DNA of 62,953 nucleotides from an uncultured Candidatus Saccharibacteria bacterium (GTDB lineage Bacteria; Patescibacteriota; Saccharimonadia; Saccharimonadales; JACDBH01): NCBI GenBank assembly GCA_964490245.1, contig CAZBAF010000007.1, positions 1 to 62,953 of the forward strand, read 5' to 3'. Shown piece by piece: positions 61,576 to 62,953 of this stretch (position 1 is its first letter; each line of letters starts with the position of its first letter). The notes under the pieces were generated by a model. It saw only the letters and a program-made list of their open reading frames with translations, ran no database searches and was not told where the DNA came from. The position numbers and the translations under genes were made by a program.

Positions 61576-62953
61576 CTAGAAGACCGCCTTGTAGCCTATC
61601 TCTATATGACCCAGGCGAACACTGTCGCCGGTATCGGCATTCATGCGAATACGGAAGGTAATGTAGTCACCGGCAGCGATGTCACAGTCGCTATCGCCAG
61701 CCATATCGGCAATAGTAGCCCCGGACCACGAACCGTCACCGGCCACCTGGGTTGTCGTGCCGCACTGCCCGCCGCTGGCATTATAGATGCCAACCTCAAT
61801 TGCATTATTGGTAGCGTCGGTCCGCCAGCCGTAAGCTGTTACTGCTGTTAGCCGCTCGTTGGAGTCAAAATTGCTGGGCACCCGCCAGCGTACAAACACA
61901 TCGTAATCCTGCGGGCTGGCTTCTATGGTTGTCCACTCGTAATAGGTGAACGTTTCGGTGGCGCCGCAGGCACCTGCATTGATATTCATATGGCTGCTGC
62001 CTGAGCAAAAACCAGAGGTCATGTAGCCGACATTATCAGTACCGTCGCCGCGCAGCACCGCACCGTGGAATTCCGGTTTCAGGGCCACGACTACATCATT
62101 CCGCGCCGTACCGCTAAAGCGCAGCGCACCGCCGCTGCCACTGTTTTGGATATTGCCGGTGCTGGTACCCACATATAAAGCGCCCTGTACCTCGGCATTT
62201 GTAACCAGCAGCGCGGGTGATGACTGAGCAGCGGCAACAGCACCAACGCTTAGCACGCCGCTGCTGCTTACTGTCAGATAGTTGGTGTCGCCAGCGCTGT
62301 TCTGAATCGAGAAGATATCTTCTGTCTGGGCATCATGTGCGCGCACCAGTACCTGCAGCTGATCAGCCGTGCCGACAACCCCCAGTTTGGCGCTGACACT
62401 GCTGGCTGAGCCTAAAACCAGCTCGTCGGTGGTGCTGGTTAAGTAGGTGTGACTGCCGCCATCAGTGAACAGGGCCGCAGCAATACAATCTTTCCAATTA
62501 CTGCCCTCGTAACACCTGAACTTGCCTAAGCTGATGTTGTAGTACATGCCGCCGTCAATGCCGGAGGGATCGCCGGCATTAGTCTTGGTATCAAGTACCA
62601 GCAGACTGCCGGTGGTATCGGGTGCACCGACCGAGATGGTGCCATCTGCAGCTATAGTCATCCGTACCGCACTGTTAGTGCCCAGGGTCAGGGCTGCATT
62701 CTGCAGGTTGATGAGGTTGAGGGAGCTGGCCCCGCCGTAAGCAGTATTATTACTGCTGTTTTTAGTCAGCGAGGCGCCCGTTTCATTAATATCATTGCCC
62801 AGCAGTAAACCAGCCGAGGCATTACTGTTACTGTTAGAGTTCCGGACAAGCAGGCGCGTAGGATTATTGGTAGTCTCAAGCAAGCTGAGTAATTGCGTCG
62901 GCGAACTCGTCCCAATCCCCACCCGGTTATTCTGTGCATCTATATAGAGGGTG
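61576..62953 (-). CDS. tail-fibre/adhesin-like protein (5' end outside the window)
   Basis: The frame stays open upstream of the ORF-track GTG to the window edge (...TLYIDAQNNRVGIGTSSP). Contains the VGIGTSSP motif, Asn/Ser/Gly-rich beta repeats, GGMYYNISLGKFRCYEGSNWKDC, and a C-terminal beta-sandwich-like domain. Confidence 0.6.
   Translation of the reverse strand, partial: TLYIDAQNNRVGIGTSSPTQLLSLLETTNNPTRLLVRNSNSNSNASAGLLLGNDINETGASLTKNSSNNTAYGGASSLNLINLQNAALTLGTNSAVRMTIAADGTISVGAPDTTGSLLVLDTKTNAGDPSGIDGGMYYNISLGKFRCYEGSNWKDCIAAALFTDGGSHTYLTSTTDELVLGSASSVSAKLGVVGTADQLQVLVRAHDAQTEDIFSIQNSAGDTNYLTVSSSGVLSVGAVAAAQSSPALLVTNAEVQGALYVGTSTGNIQNSGSGGALRFSGTARNDVVVALKPEFHGAVLRGDGTDNVGYMTSGFCSGSSHMNINAGACGATETFTYYEWTTIEASPQDYDVFVRWRVPSNFDSNERLTAVTAYGWRTDATNNAIEVGIYNASGGQCGTTTQVAGDGSWSGATIADMAGDSDCDIAAGDYITFRIRMNADTGDSVRLGHIEIGYKAVF

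Noticed and set aside
57082-62953. Diversity-generating retroelement targeting the fibre/Kelch genes.
   Set aside because: No reverse-transcriptase ORF and no template/variable repeat pair noticed in the window. This cannot be excluded beyond the window edge.

Overview
This is a 63-kb, very gene-dense chromosomal window, about 55% GC by eye. It holds about 60 protein genes, more than 80% of them on the minus strand. I recognised no rRNA, tRNA, CRISPR array, transposase or integrase. Most genes are housekeeping. Translation genes: rpmA, rpmE, rpsB, tsf, frr, prfA, prfB, prmC, hpf, serS, lysS, proS, rsmE. Repair and other functions: recO, xseAB, pyrG, greA, msrA. Export: secA, lepB, tatAC. Segregation: parAB. 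Envelope and division: ftsEX, two PcsB-like coiled-coil/CHAP hydrolases, an S41 Ctp protease, HtrA, an LCP protein, uppS, rseP, a CPBP protease and a PlsC-like acyltransferase. The envelope gene set looks monoderm. Universally linked neighbours are missing (no rplU before rpmA, no pyrH, no cdsA/dxr), and ProRS lacks its editing domain. Together with giant surface proteins, this suggests a reduced-genome Patescibacteria/CPR organism, possibly Saccharibacteria. That placement is inference only. Both RF1 and RF2 are present and TGA is used as a stop, so the standard code applies. The most interesting content is a set of proteins that resemble phage receptor-binding proteins, with no prophage around them. 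They are a tail-fibre-like gene pair with a GDPD domain between tatAC and parAB, a tail-fibre-like adhesin followed by an 18-blade Kelch giant, and a membrane-anchored beta-helix protein. Other notable items: an FHA/transglutaminase-like fusion in a low-GC single-gene island; a degenerate histidine-kinase/receiver pair; and a Tat-signal-like mini-ORF upstream of tatA that is missing from the ORF track. There are also several DNA-level oddities: a promoter duplication around a PaaX/Cas2-fold gene, a tandem duplication of the msrA 3' end, an 81-nt identical tract between paralogs, repeat-dense spacers, and a recurrent TATACT box 6-10 nt before start codons that suggests leaderless mRNAs. All protein calls rest on motif recognition by eye; no database search was possible.
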